Positions 18,935-27,997 of a stretch of DNA of 48,698 nt are shown here, one piece after another. The translations under genes and the position numbers were made by a program. Below the pieces are notes generated by a model, which was given only the letters and a program-made list of their open reading frames with translations, searched no databases and was not told the DNA's origin. Source of the DNA: Gemmatimonadaceae bacterium (GTDB lineage: Bacteria > Gemmatimonadota > Gemmatimonadetes > Gemmatimonadales > Gemmatimonadaceae); assembly GCA_031408755.1 (NCBI GenBank), contig JANNWU010000497.1:1-48698 (forward strand), written 5' to 3'. Numbering within the stretch: position 1 is the stretch's first letter; every line of letters starts with the position of its first letter.

Positions 18935-20172
18935 TTCACCGCCATCTGCGAGTTGTCGTGCAGCAGCACCGCGCGTGCCGCGGCACCTACAGCAAGATAC
19001 GGCGTGTCGTGCGGAACGATGAGCAACGCGTTCGCTGCGGCAACCGATGTCAGCAATCCAGATCCTTGCGGACCCGTCAGGTGAATTACGCGCTGATCGT
19101 CCACAACTGCCCGCAGAAAGTGCGTCAGTCCGCCCTGTGTGTTGACCGGCTCAGCCAGTGTCACGTTCACCGGCGCACGTAATACGCGCTCCCGTCCGCT
19201 CATGCGGAGCAGTGCTGGCCGGACAAAAAGCTCGAACGTCACCATTGATGACACGGGGTTTCCTGGGAGCCCGAACCACGCGGCATTGCCAAGCATTCCG
19301 AAGCCGAACGGTCCGCCCGGACGCATCCTCACGCGCCAAAAATCGAGCGTGGCACCCAGTCGCTGCACCACGTCACGCGTGTAGTCGAACGCCCCCACGC
19401 TGATTCCCCCAGACGTTACAAGCACGTCGAATTTCGGTGCTGCCATGATTCGTTCAGCAATGGACTCCGGATTGTCAGGCGCGATACCAAGATCGATCGG
19501 TTCGCCACCAGCGTCGAGCACGGCTGCGGCGATTGAGTAACTGTTTGTGTTGATGATGCGCCTGCCGGCTCGAACTTCTGCAAACTGATCGACATCAACC
19601 AACTCATTGCCAGAGCTGATGATCGCGACGCGTGGTTTACGCACCACGTCAACCGTTACGCGCCCACATGCGGCAGCGAGCCCGATGTGCGCGGGCATCA
19701 GCACTGTGCCGGCACGCAGCAACCTGTCGCCTGCTGCGAAATCCTCTGCACGTGGTCGCACGTTTCTGTTCGCATCGCGATCATTCAATATCGCCACGTC
19801 GGTGGTGCCGGCATTCGTGTCTTCTACACGAACAACGGTGTCGCAATCGTCCGGCACCGGCGCGCCAGTCATGATGCGCCAAGCGGTGCGGGGCTCAGTT
19901 GACGTTGGTGCGAGGTCGCCTGCTGCAACTGTGCCACGCACTGGGAGCACGATCGGCGCCTGCGCAGTTGCTCCCCGCATGTCCGCGGCTCGCACCGCGT
20001 ACCCGTCCATCGCACTGTTACGCCACGCGGGATGCGAATACGGTGCGTTGATATTTTCGCTCAAGACGCGGTGCAACGCTGCACGAACTGAAACTGCTTC
20101 GGCAGATAGTGGCGTGACGACGTCGAGTATTCTCGCAATGGCCTCTTCTACCGGCAGTCGTGGCGCAGTCAC
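18922..20172 (-). CDS. moeA: Molybdopterin molybdotransferase
   Basis: ...APYSHPAWRNSAMDGYAVRAADM..., ...RVAIISSGNELV..., ...DVLVTSGGISVGAFDY..., LPGNPVS. Confidence 0.9.
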   Translation of the reverse strand: MTAPRLPVEEAIARILDVVTPLSAEAVSVRAALHRVLSENINAPYSHPAWRNSAMDGYAVRAADMRGATAQAPIVLPVRGTVAAGDLAPTSTEPRTAWRIMTGAPVPDDCDTVVRVEDTNAGTTDVAILNDRDANRNVRPRAEDFAAGDRLLRAGTVLMPAHIGLAAACGRVTVDVVRKPRVAIISSGNELVDVDQFAEVRAGRRIINTNSYSIAAAVLDAGGEPIDLGIAPDNPESIAERIMAAPKFDVLVTSGGISVGAFDYTRDVVQRLGATLDFWRVRMRPGGPFGFGMLGNAAWFGLPGNPVSSMVTFELFVRPALLRMSGRERVLRAPVNVTLAEPVNTQGGLTHFLRAVVDDQRVIHLTGPQGSGLLTSVAAANALLIVPHDTPYLAVGAAARAVLLHDNSQMAVKWTF

Positions 20173-21740
20173 GGAAGGTCCAGTCGCAACGCGGCAAGCT
20201 GCGTCACAATAAGATCTTGAATGCGCTCAATCTCGCGATTGCTCACAGTGAAGTTGTTCGCGATCAACGAGAAGATGATCATCTGCCCGTCGGCGGACGT
20301 CGTATAGCCGGAAAGTGCTCGCGCTTTGTCGATCGTACCGGTCTTTGCGTGAACTCGTTCACCCAGATCCTTCAGCCGATTTCTCAGCGTTCCATCGCCG
20401 CCAAATGGCAACGCGTCTACGAACGTGCGAAAATTCGGGCTCGTACGCATTGCGTCGAGAATCTGCACAATTGCGCGCGGCGTGATGTAGTCGTGACGTG
20501 ACAGCCCGCTTCCGTCGCGGACAGCGTGCGCGTCTGCGCGAACGCCCCATGCGGTCAACTGTCGTTCGACCACCGCGCGCGCGCTATCTGGTGTACCAAC
20601 ACCGGTTGCTTGCAATCCAAGCGTGCGAAAGATTGCTTCTGCTATCTGGTTTTGCGACGGTTTCTGCATCGCTGGCAACACATCGCGCAACGGCAATGAT
20701 TGCAGCACGACAATGGTGTCAGTAACGTCTGAAGTTGTGATTGCGCGCGATTTTCGCGTTGGCCGCTCAATCTGAATTCCCGCCCGCTGAAGCGCCTCGG
20801 CCACCGCTGCGAGATACGTACTTCTGCCGTCTGCTAACGCCGTCGTGATGACAATAGAATCACCTGCTGCGATGCTACCGCGAAAAGTGATGCCTGGTGT
20901 TTGCGCCGAGTCTCTCCACCACGCAATCTCTGGGCGTCCGGTGCCCGCGGCCCGCGTGATGACGGATGTACGAATCTGCGGCGACGTGCGCACCGGCGCC
21001 GATGTCACGCAGGCTAGCGCTCCCACAGCGGCGCACCCACGCACGGTGAATTCCGCGAAACCTTCGTTAAACAGCAACTCAGTCACGCCAGCGCCGTACG
21101 GCGCGTCGAGGTCATCATAATCCCAGCCAAATCCCACTGGGCTTCCTGGAAATGCTGGTGTTGATGGCGCACGCAGCGTGCCCGAAATGCGACGGATGCC
21201 GTCGCGCTTGAGCGCCGCAATCAGCGGATCGAACGCCAGCAATGGATCGCGTCGTAGTGCAGTTGAAACGCTTGGATCACCACTACCACTTACGATGATG
21301 TCACCGTTCAGCACACCGCGCACAACTCGGCCGGTACGCGAAAAGGTTGTGCGCCACTGGTAATCCGGCCCAAGCTGCGCCAATGCAACGGCACCAGTCA
21401 CAATCTTCTGATTTGACGCCGGCATCACCAGCCGATCAGCGTTCGCGCTGGCGAGTGTGTCACCGCGTGTGGGTACCACAATCAGAACGCCCCAATGTGC
21501 ATTGCTGAATTGTGGGAGCGCGACGAGCGAATCCACCACACGCTGCATCGCGTGCGTTGCGCGCTTCCGAACGGAGACGATGTCAACAGCTTCCGTTGCT
21601 GCTGTAGTCGGCGTGGCAGGCGCCGGCGCCGGTGATGTTGTTGGCGTGCGCGTTGCGCTGCACGCGGTAATCACACTCAGCGCGAGCGCTGCGTAAATCC
21701 AATGCGAAGCTGTTCGCAAACGGTGAAGTGTTAGAATCAT
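20169..21740 (-). CDS. dacB: D-alanyl-D-alanine carboxypeptidase/endopeptidase (PBP4, peptidase S13)
   Basis: PASNQK (SxxK), SGSGDPS, and HAKTGT (KTG). Signal peptide with a Cys (ITACS). Confidence 0.88.
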   Translation of the reverse strand: MILTLHRLRTASHWIYAALALSVITACSATRTPTTSPAPAPATPTTAATEAVDIVSVRKRATHAMQRVVDSLVALPQFSNAHWGVLIVVPTRGDTLASANADRLVMPASNQKIVTGAVALAQLGPDYQWRTTFSRTGRVVRGVLNGDIIVSGSGDPSVSTALRRDPLLAFDPLIAALKRDGIRRISGTLRAPSTPAFPGSPVGFGWDYDDLDAPYGAGVTELLFNEGFAEFTVRGCAAVGALACVTSAPVRTSPQIRTSVITRAAGTGRPEIAWWRDSAQTPGITFRGSIAAGDSIVITTALADGRSTYLAAVAEALQRAGIQIERPTRKSRAITTSDVTDTIVVLQSLPLRDVLPAMQKPSQNQIAEAIFRTLGLQATGVGTPDSARAVVERQLTAWGVRADAHAVRDGSGLSRHDYITPRAIVQILDAMRTSPNFRTFVDALPFGGDGTLRNRLKDLGERVHAKTGTIDKARALSGYTTSADGQMIIFSLIANNFTVSNREIERIQDLIVTQLAALRLDLP

Positions 21741-22363
21741 GAAACGGTGTGTGAATCGGTCAGCAACCGTTGCGCCATAACGAGATCGTCGGGCGTGTTC
21801 ACATTGAAAAAACGGCGCACGAGCAGATCGGCGTCCACCTCGGGCCCAAACTTTAACGCTTGCCCACCAGCGATCTTCAAGAGATCTCGGGCAGCCCGAT
21901 CACCACGTTCTAGCATCTGCTCTACGATCGGGAGACAGCGGGCGCTGTAGGCGGCGCACAGGGGCTCGAGTTGGTCTGCGTGCATCGGAACACAGCACAT
22001 CGCTCCATCGCGCACGACAGCCGCCACGCGGCGAAGCAAGGCACTACCAACCATCGGCATGTCCCATGCGCACACGACCACGTCGCGTCCATTCGCGGCC
22101 TGCAATGCGGTGCGCAGTGCGCCTAACGCGCCAAGTCCACGGACTGAGTCAGCGACAATCTGGTGGGATGGAAACCAACGCGCCGCCCGCGCATCGTTGC
22201 ACGCGACCATGACTTCATCTGATGATGCGGTGAGCGACGCCAACGCAAAATCAGCCAGTCGCCGTCCACCGAACGGCGCCAACCCTTTGGGCTCACCGTT
22301 AAATCTCGTGCTCGCACCACCCGCCAATAGCACACCGCACGGCGAGCGATCAAGCGCTGTCAC
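21737..22363 (-). CDS. mobA: Molybdenum cofactor guanylyltransferase
   Basis: GVLLAGGASTRFNGEPKGL N-terminal motif, about 208 aa, sharing an operon with moeA. Confidence 0.85.
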   Translation of the reverse strand: MTALDRSPCGVLLAGGASTRFNGEPKGLAPFGGRRLADFALASLTASSDEVMVACNDARAARWFPSHQIVADSVRGLGALGALRTALQAANGRDVVVCAWDMPMVGSALLRRVAAVVRDGAMCCVPMHADQLEPLCAAYSARCLPIVEQMLERGDRAARDLLKIAGGQALKFGPEVDADLLVRRFFNVNTPDDLVMAQRLLTDSHTVS

Positions 22364-22795
22364 TCAGCGCTCAGGCTCAAATGTCGCGCTCAATGTCGCA
22401 TCTTCCGCCACAACAACGCGTGTCACGCGCACCGTCATTGGCAGCCGCGATTGTACGCGTTGTGCAATGAAACGTGCGAGTTCCTCGCCCGTTGGAACCA
22501 TGCCATCAACTTCGTTGAACTCGGCCACATCAAGATTGATGTTGCTGTGATCGAAACGATCGCGCACCTCTTGCTGCAACACCAGATCAAGCACACCTAG
22601 ATCCACGATCATGCCAGTCTCACGCGCGATCGGTCCAGACACGCTCACATCGCACACATAGCTATGCCCGTGATAATTTGGCCGCGCGCACAAGCCAAAC
22701 TTCGCTGCATTTGTCGCATCGTCCCAACCCGGACGCCGGTACCGATGTGCCGCCGCAAATTGCACCCGACGTGTCAGCGTGGTCTTTCCCGTCAT
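22364..22795 (-). CDS. queD: 6-carboxy-tetrahydropterin / 6-pyruvoyl-tetrahydropterin synthase family (QueD-like)
   Basis: Internal ATG 22795 of the 248-aa track ORF gives a 143-aa product: MTGKTTLTRRVQFAAAHRY...LCARPNYHGHSY (Cys plus HGH zinc/catalytic motifs). ATGA overlap with the upstream gene. Confidence 0.85.
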   Translation of the reverse strand: MTGKTTLTRRVQFAAAHRYRRPGWDDATNAAKFGLCARPNYHGHSYVCDVSVSGPIARETGMIVDLGVLDLVLQQEVRDRFDHSNINLDVAEFNEVDGMVPTGEELARFIAQRVQSRLPMTVRVTRVVVAEDATLSATFEPER

Positions 22796-23493
22796 CGACG
22801 GCCAAACCCCCGCACAAGTCCGATCGAGAGCACTGTATTCCGTGTCCAACTCTTCGTCACACCCAAGGGCACGATACGTGGCGCACCTGGCGTCGAATCG
22901 CTGAACGTGGTGGGATACGGCACCGCGTAGAAACGGTTGGAAAGATCGGCGCGAACACTCCAGCGACTTTTGACAGGTGCATACTTCACGCCGGCATTCA
23001 CATGAAAACCAAACCGGGTACCGAAATCGAATCGTGACGAGTCGGCGTTCACTGGTGCACCGGTCGCAATCCCAACACCGGCGGTGACCATCGGCTGTAG
23101 CGAATGCCAACTCTTGCTGCCGGTGAGCAGCATCGTCAGCCCCGCATCAAAGAAGTACAACGACTGCGAAATGGTGCGGCCTACGCGGTTCGCAAGAGGC
23201 TGACCTGGTTGCAAAATGTCGCGCGTAGCCGTCTGCTGCGTGAGGCTTGAAGTGAACGCCAGCGGACTGCCGCCTAACCGAAGATCGTATCGCGCGCCAA
23301 ACACAATGCCGCCACGCGGAGCGGCACCGGCGCGATCCTTTCCGCCAAAACTCGGTCCGACGATAAGAGACACTTCCTGACGCTTCTCGACATCGCGAAA
23401 CGGACTGCGTTCTGGCGTCGATCCGATCTGCGCCGCGAGCGGCATGGCAATGACCGTCGAGAGCAACAGCGCGCAAAAGTTCTGTTGCGTCAT
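22792..23493 (-). CDS. Putative outer-membrane beta-barrel protein
   Basis: Signal peptide MTQQNFCALLLSTVIAMPLAAQ, with an alternating hydrophobic and Gly/aromatic-rich pattern. Function unknown. Confidence 0.55.
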   Translation of the reverse strand: MTQQNFCALLLSTVIAMPLAAQIGSTPERSPFRDVEKRQEVSLIVGPSFGGKDRAGAAPRGGIVFGARYDLRLGGSPLAFTSSLTQQTATRDILQPGQPLANRVGRTISQSLYFFDAGLTMLLTGSKSWHSLQPMVTAGVGIATGAPVNADSSRFDFGTRFGFHVNAGVKYAPVKSRWSVRADLSNRFYAVPYPTTFSDSTPGAPRIVPLGVTKSWTRNTVLSIGLVRGFGRR

Positions 23494-25058
23494 GCAGCCA
23501 CCGTCGATGCGCGCAACGTGCGACCGGTCATCTCAACCGGCACCGGAAGGCCAAGCAACTCGAGAACTGTCGGACCAATATCGCAGAGAGCGCCGCCAGA
23601 CCGCAGCGGAATTGCACCTGCTGGATCAACAATGATCACAGGAACGGGATTGGTAGTGTGAGCTGTGTGCGGTGCCCCGGTAATCGGGTCCACCATCACG
23701 TCAGCGTTGCCATGATCGGCAGTCAAAATAACGCGCGTGCCACTAATCTCTGCCGCCGCCAGAATACGACCAATGCAGTGATCCACCGTCTCCACCGCCG
23801 CGATTGCGGCCGGCAGCGATCCGGTGTGCCCAACCATATCACAGTTTGCAAAATTACACAGAATGAAATCATACGAACGATTGGCCAGTGCTTCCACCAT
23901 TCCGTCACAGATGCCCTCGGCGCTCATCTCCGGTTGCAGGTCATACGTCGCAACCTTTGCGCTCGGCACCATTCTGCGCGACTCGCCCACGAACGGCGCT
24001 TCGCGTCCGCCGTTAAAGAAAAAAGTCACGTGGGGATACTTCTCTGTCTCAGCAGTGCGAAGTTGCGTCATTCCCGCATTGGCAATCACTTCCCCAACCA
24101 TGTTCGTGAGCTGCACGTTTGGGAACGCAACCGGATACGTAAAGGTGGGGTCGTATTCCATCATTGTCGTGAGATGCAACTGCGGACGACCGGTAACATC
24201 GAAACCATCGAATGCTGGCGACGTCAATGCGTCGCACAGTTGACGCATTCGATCGCTGCGAAAGTTGAAGCAGATCACCACGTCACCGTCAGCCATGCGC
24301 GGCGTGACTGCGCCATCCTTGGCATACAGGACAATCGGTGGTACGAATTCATCGGTGGTGCCTGCCGCGTACGTAGATGCGAGCACCGCGCCAACGTCAG
24401 TTACGCTTGCTCGCGTGCCCACACCATCGATCATCGCGCGATACCACAATTCTGTGCGCGGCCAACGATGGTCGCGATCCATTCCAAAGTAGCGCCCACC
24501 CAGTGTCGATAGCGTCGCCCTACCGTCGTACTTCGCGATCTCCGCTTGCAACGCTGCGAGAAATGTGGCGCCTGATGTTGGCGGCGTATCGCGCCCATCG
24601 AGCATGCCATGCACGGCAACGCGTGGAACGTGTCGCCTGTTTGCGAGATCGAGTAACGCAAAGAGATGTCGATCCAGTGCGTGCACGCCGCCGTTACCGA
24701 GCAATCCGACCAGGTGCAGCGTCACACCGCGTTGCACCGCATCGTCGCACGCGGCCACCAGTGCTGGATTGCTGAAAAACGCGCCGCTCTCAATGGCGGA
24801 CGCGATCTTCACTAGATCCTGCTCTACCACGCGGCCCGCACCGAGATTCATGTGGCCCACCTCGCTGTTGCCCATTTGCCCCTCGGGCAGACCGACGCGC
24901 CGACCACTCGCCTCGATCAGGGTGTGCGGAAGCGAACCCATCAGCCGGTCCCAATTTGGGGTGTTCGCGAGGGCGATGGCGTTCGCGGTGCTGTCTTGTC
25001 GGTACCCCCAGCCATCGAGAACTACGAGGCAGACAGGGCGAACTGGGGGCAAGGGCAT
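23490..25058 (-). CDS. gpmI: 2,3-bisphosphoglycerate-independent phosphoglycerate mutase
   Basis: VCLVVLDGWGYR...GLPEGQMGNSEVGHMNLGAGRVV...TADHGNA. Start taken at ATG 25058 (M45 of the track ORF). Confidence 0.93.
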   Translation of the reverse strand: MPLPPVRPVCLVVLDGWGYRQDSTANAIALANTPNWDRLMGSLPHTLIEASGRRVGLPEGQMGNSEVGHMNLGAGRVVEQDLVKIASAIESGAFFSNPALVAACDDAVQRGVTLHLVGLLGNGGVHALDRHLFALLDLANRRHVPRVAVHGMLDGRDTPPTSGATFLAALQAEIAKYDGRATLSTLGGRYFGMDRDHRWPRTELWYRAMIDGVGTRASVTDVGAVLASTYAAGTTDEFVPPIVLYAKDGAVTPRMADGDVVICFNFRSDRMRQLCDALTSPAFDGFDVTGRPQLHLTTMMEYDPTFTYPVAFPNVQLTNMVGEVIANAGMTQLRTAETEKYPHVTFFFNGGREAPFVGESRRMVPSAKVATYDLQPEMSAEGICDGMVEALANRSYDFILCNFANCDMVGHTGSLPAAIAAVETVDHCIGRILAAAEISGTRVILTADHGNADVMVDPITGAPHTAHTTNPVPVIIVDPAGAIPLRSGGALCDIGPTVLELLGLPVPVEMTGRTLRASTVAA

Positions 25059-25093
25059 GGATACTGAGTAGGGCGGGGTAGTAATGTCTGTAT

Positions 25094-25756
25094 ATGACGA
25101 AGGCTCAATGTACCCGCCGCCGATGGGCGCAACCATCGAAACCGCGCTGGCTTGTGGCTGCCTACACGGCTGCCCTGCTGGTGTTTCCACTGGCTGAGGC
25201 CGCCGCGCAGGCGACGGCCGACACCACGCCTGTGAAATTCATCAGTCCGGCCACGATCCCGCTCAGGCCCGCTAGCAAAGCGGAGCTACGCGCCGCGCCC
25301 GACGGTGCCGTACTCGGCTCTGTCAGCGGCGCGGGAACGGTGATTCCGCTCGCGCGCGAACGCGGCTGGGTGCGGGTGCGGTTCGAGGGATGGGTGCGCG
25401 AGTCAGAAATGCTGCCGGTCGATTCGGCATTGCGCACCAATGTCAGTGCGGCTGATTTGCGCGCCGATCCCGAGGGTGCGAAGGGCAAACTGGTCCGCTG
25501 GCGCGTTGAGGTGCTGGCGTTTCAACGCGCTGATGCGCTGCGCCGAGATATGACGTTGGGTGAACCGTATTTGCTTGCGCGCGGCCCCGCGGGTGAAAAC
25601 GCGATGCTGTATCTCGCGGTACCGGCATCGTTGATGAACGACGCAAAAGCGATTACGCCGCTCACTGTTGTACAGATCACTGCGCGCGTGCGCACCGGTC
25701 GATCAATGCCAACCAATGTACCAATTCTTGATATCGAGACGCTCACGACTCCATGA
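25094..25756 (+). CDS. Exported hypothetical protein with a probable bacterial SH3-like segment
   Basis: Signal-like N-terminus ...LLVFPLAEAAAQA. The segment AELRAAPDGAVLGSVSGAGTVIPLARERGWVRVRFEGWVRESEM resembles SH3b. Confidence 0.5.
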   Translation: MTKAQCTRRRWAQPSKPRWLVAAYTAALLVFPLAEAAAQATADTTPVKFISPATIPLRPASKAELRAAPDGAVLGSVSGAGTVIPLARERGWVRVRFEGWVRESEMLPVDSALRTNVSAADLRADPEGAKGKLVRWRVEVLAFQRADALRRDMTLGEPYLLARGPAGENAMLYLAVPASLMNDAKAITPLTVVQITARVRTGRSMPTNVPILDIETLTTP

Positions 25757-26400
25757 GTGATCGCACTGAGCATCGCGCGCCTCGTCCATCGAGAATCGGC
25801 ATGTACATCGCCGCTGGATTCATCGTGGCCGTGAGTGCCGTCGGCGTGCCGATGATGCGCAAAGCGCGCACGGAATGGCGGCAAGAGATTATCGCAATGC
25901 AGGGCCAATCGGCGACCGTCGCGACTACGCTCACGACCCTCAGCGACTCCGCGACGCGCACCAAAGCGACGTTGGCGTTCGAAGTGTTGCGTGCTGACAG
26001 TCGTGAGGAGAAAGCGCTGCATCTGGTTGTCGCGATCGACAGTGGCACCGTCGCACTGATGCGCGATGGTATCGCGCTGCGGACAATGCCGGCACGTTTT
26101 AGTGGCGCCGCCCCAACGCGTGGAACGCAGGCGATCGCGCGTATCGCATTCTCACAGATCCCAGGCGCGCCACCAACGGTTGATTCCTTGGGACAGGTCG
26201 TGCGCGTTGCGACACCAGAAACAAAGGTCGAACGCGTAACGCTCAGCGACGGCACGATCATTGAAGGTGGTGATGCGTCAGAGGCGTTTTTGGGTGGGAT
26301 CGAAGCGGGTACGGGGCCGCGTCGAATTGTGGTGTCGCGACGAGACTTCGCGGCAGTGCGGCCCAACTTATTTCGTGGTATGAAAGCCTTTCTCTTTTAA
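25753..26400 (+). CDS. Membrane-anchored hypothetical protein
   Basis: ATGA overlap with the upstream gene. One N-terminal TM helix (IGMYIAAGFIVAVSAVGVPMM). No domain recognised. Confidence 0.5.
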   Translation: MSDRTEHRAPRPSRIGMYIAAGFIVAVSAVGVPMMRKARTEWRQEIIAMQGQSATVATTLTTLSDSATRTKATLAFEVLRADSREEKALHLVVAIDSGTVALMRDGIALRTMPARFSGAAPTRGTQAIARIAFSQIPGAPPTVDSLGQVVRVATPETKVERVTLSDGTIIEGGDASEAFLGGIEAGTGPRRIVVSRRDFAAVRPNLFRGMKAFLF

Positions 26401-26405
26401 CGCGA

Positions 26406-27254
26406 ATGCTGAAACGATTTTTTGTTGAAGGTGGCTGGCCGGCGTATGCAACCGCGACAGTCGTTGCAGCCAGCACGGCGTTTGCCGGTGCGGAGGTTGA
26501 GCAGGCGCTGTCCACGCGCAACCGTTGGACCGAGGAACAGTCGGTGAATGCAGTCGCGGTCACTCGCGTCGACAGTGCGACGCGGTCGCTGAGAGTACTT
26601 CGCGATTCTGTTGTCACGACGCGTGCGCGCGGCGCGGCGCCGAACGTCGCTCCGTACATTATTGTCAGCCTCGCGGAGAATCGCCTGTGGGTGCGCGAAA
26701 GCGGCGATGACATTTTCACCACACGCGTCGCCAGTGGAAGCGGGCGCACGTTGGTTGGGAACGGACGCGGACAGCAGTACAAGTTCGATACGCCGCGCGG
26801 CCGACTGACGGTGCTGAGTAAAGAAACAGCACCAGCATGGGTGCCACCAGATTGGCATTTTGTTGAAAAGGCAGGGAGAAAGAAGGCGGGTATTCTGCGC
26901 ATGCGTCGTGGGCAGATAATTCCGGTGAGTGATGGCGTGATCACGACGCGTGGCAGTGAAGTCATCAAGCGCGGTCGCGACGGATCGGTGCAGGTGCTGA
27001 CTGCAACGGACGGCAGCGAATTGTTTGCGGGCGGCAAAATCATTATCCCGCCGTTTGGCACTAACGCGCGTCGGTACAAAGAGATTCTCGGCACGCACCG
27101 CTTGAACTTGGGTGATGGCTACGCGTTGCACGGCACCAACAATCCGAATTCAATTGGTGGTAGCGTCAGTCATGGCTGCGTGCGTCTGCGCAACGAAGAC
27201 ATTGAAACGCTCTATCGCATGATTCCGGTCGGGACGGCGGTCTACATCTATTGA
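26406..27254 (+). CDS. L,D-transpeptidase (YkuD domain)
   Basis: C-terminal GYALHGTNNPNSIGGSVSHGCVRLRNEDIETLY carries the catalytic HG...SHGC(V/I)R motif. Confidence 0.85.
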   Translation: MLKRFFVEGGWPAYATATVVAASTAFAGAEVEQALSTRNRWTEEQSVNAVAVTRVDSATRSLRVLRDSVVTTRARGAAPNVAPYIIVSLAENRLWVRESGDDIFTTRVASGSGRTLVGNGRGQQYKFDTPRGRLTVLSKETAPAWVPPDWHFVEKAGRKKAGILRMRRGQIIPVSDGVITTRGSEVIKRGRDGSVQVLTATDGSELFAGGKIIIPPFGTNARRYKEILGTHRLNLGDGYALHGTNNPNSIGGSVSHGCVRLRNEDIETLYRMIPVGTAVYIY

Positions 27255-27880
27255 GGTTCGCGACGGCGTTGAGTCGAGACGGACTGCGGCGAGTTGCGAT
27301 CGCGCTGATGACTGCCGCGGGCCTGTCATCGTGTTTGAGTGTGCGATCGCGTGCCTGTCGAGACGCGTCAGACACGAGTGAGCTGACACGATTGTCAGCC
27401 ATCGCAGATTCCACCGCGGTCGCGTTGCGCCGACCGGTGGATTCGCAGTTTCCTGGTCTCCGCGAATACCTGCTCGGCGTAGTTGATCGTGCAGCAGAAC
27501 TGGATCAGTGCGGACGGATTGTCAGCGCCGCTGATTTACGGACGGTCGCGAGTATCGGGATTAAAGCCAGCTCACTTGGCGAACCGGCGCTGACCCGCGC
27601 GTACGATTGGTCGCGTCGCGCGGTGATGCTCGATACGGCTGATCGACGATCGTGGGCCGTGATGGCGCGCGCATGGGACCAACTGCAACTCGCGCAGAAG
27701 CGACCGCAGTGGTTTGCGACGGTCGTACTCTGCAACGGAAATGCCGATGATCGATGTCTGCTGGCGCCGATCGATACTACGCATGTTTCCGATCCGCAGC
27801 GCGTGGAGCTCGGCCTGCGCACCCTTGCGCAGCAGCGTCAGATGATCGACTCCATGAATCGGGCACGCGGGAAGCCGTAG
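27251..27880 (+). CDS. Hypothetical lipoprotein
   Basis: The TTG start overlaps the LDT stop (TTGA). ...IALMTAAGLSSCLS is lipobox-like. No domain recognised; the start is uncertain. Confidence 0.45.
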   Translation: MRFATALSRDGLRRVAIALMTAAGLSSCLSVRSRACRDASDTSELTRLSAIADSTAVALRRPVDSQFPGLREYLLGVVDRAAELDQCGRIVSAADLRTVASIGIKASSLGEPALTRAYDWSRRAVMLDTADRRSWAVMARAWDQLQLAQKRPQWFATVVLCNGNADDRCLLAPIDTTHVSDPQRVELGLRTLAQQRQMIDSMNRARGKP

Positions 27881-27997
27881 TGCGACTGTGACGAGGCATT
27901 GCTGAACAGCTGGTCAGGCGTAGTCGAGAATTCCGCTGGTTTGCCGTGACTCCAAGGTGCCGCCACTCGTGTAGTACCAGACACACGGGAGCCGCAA

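Noticed and set aside
25059-25190. N-terminal extensions in the ORF track (gpmI to 25190, queD-like to 23110, icd-like from 5976, guaB from 31622, permease from 33260, lipoprotein from 5100)
   Set aside because: The extensions have no family similarity. They overlap neighbouring genes or promoters, and internal starts reproduce canonical family N-termini.
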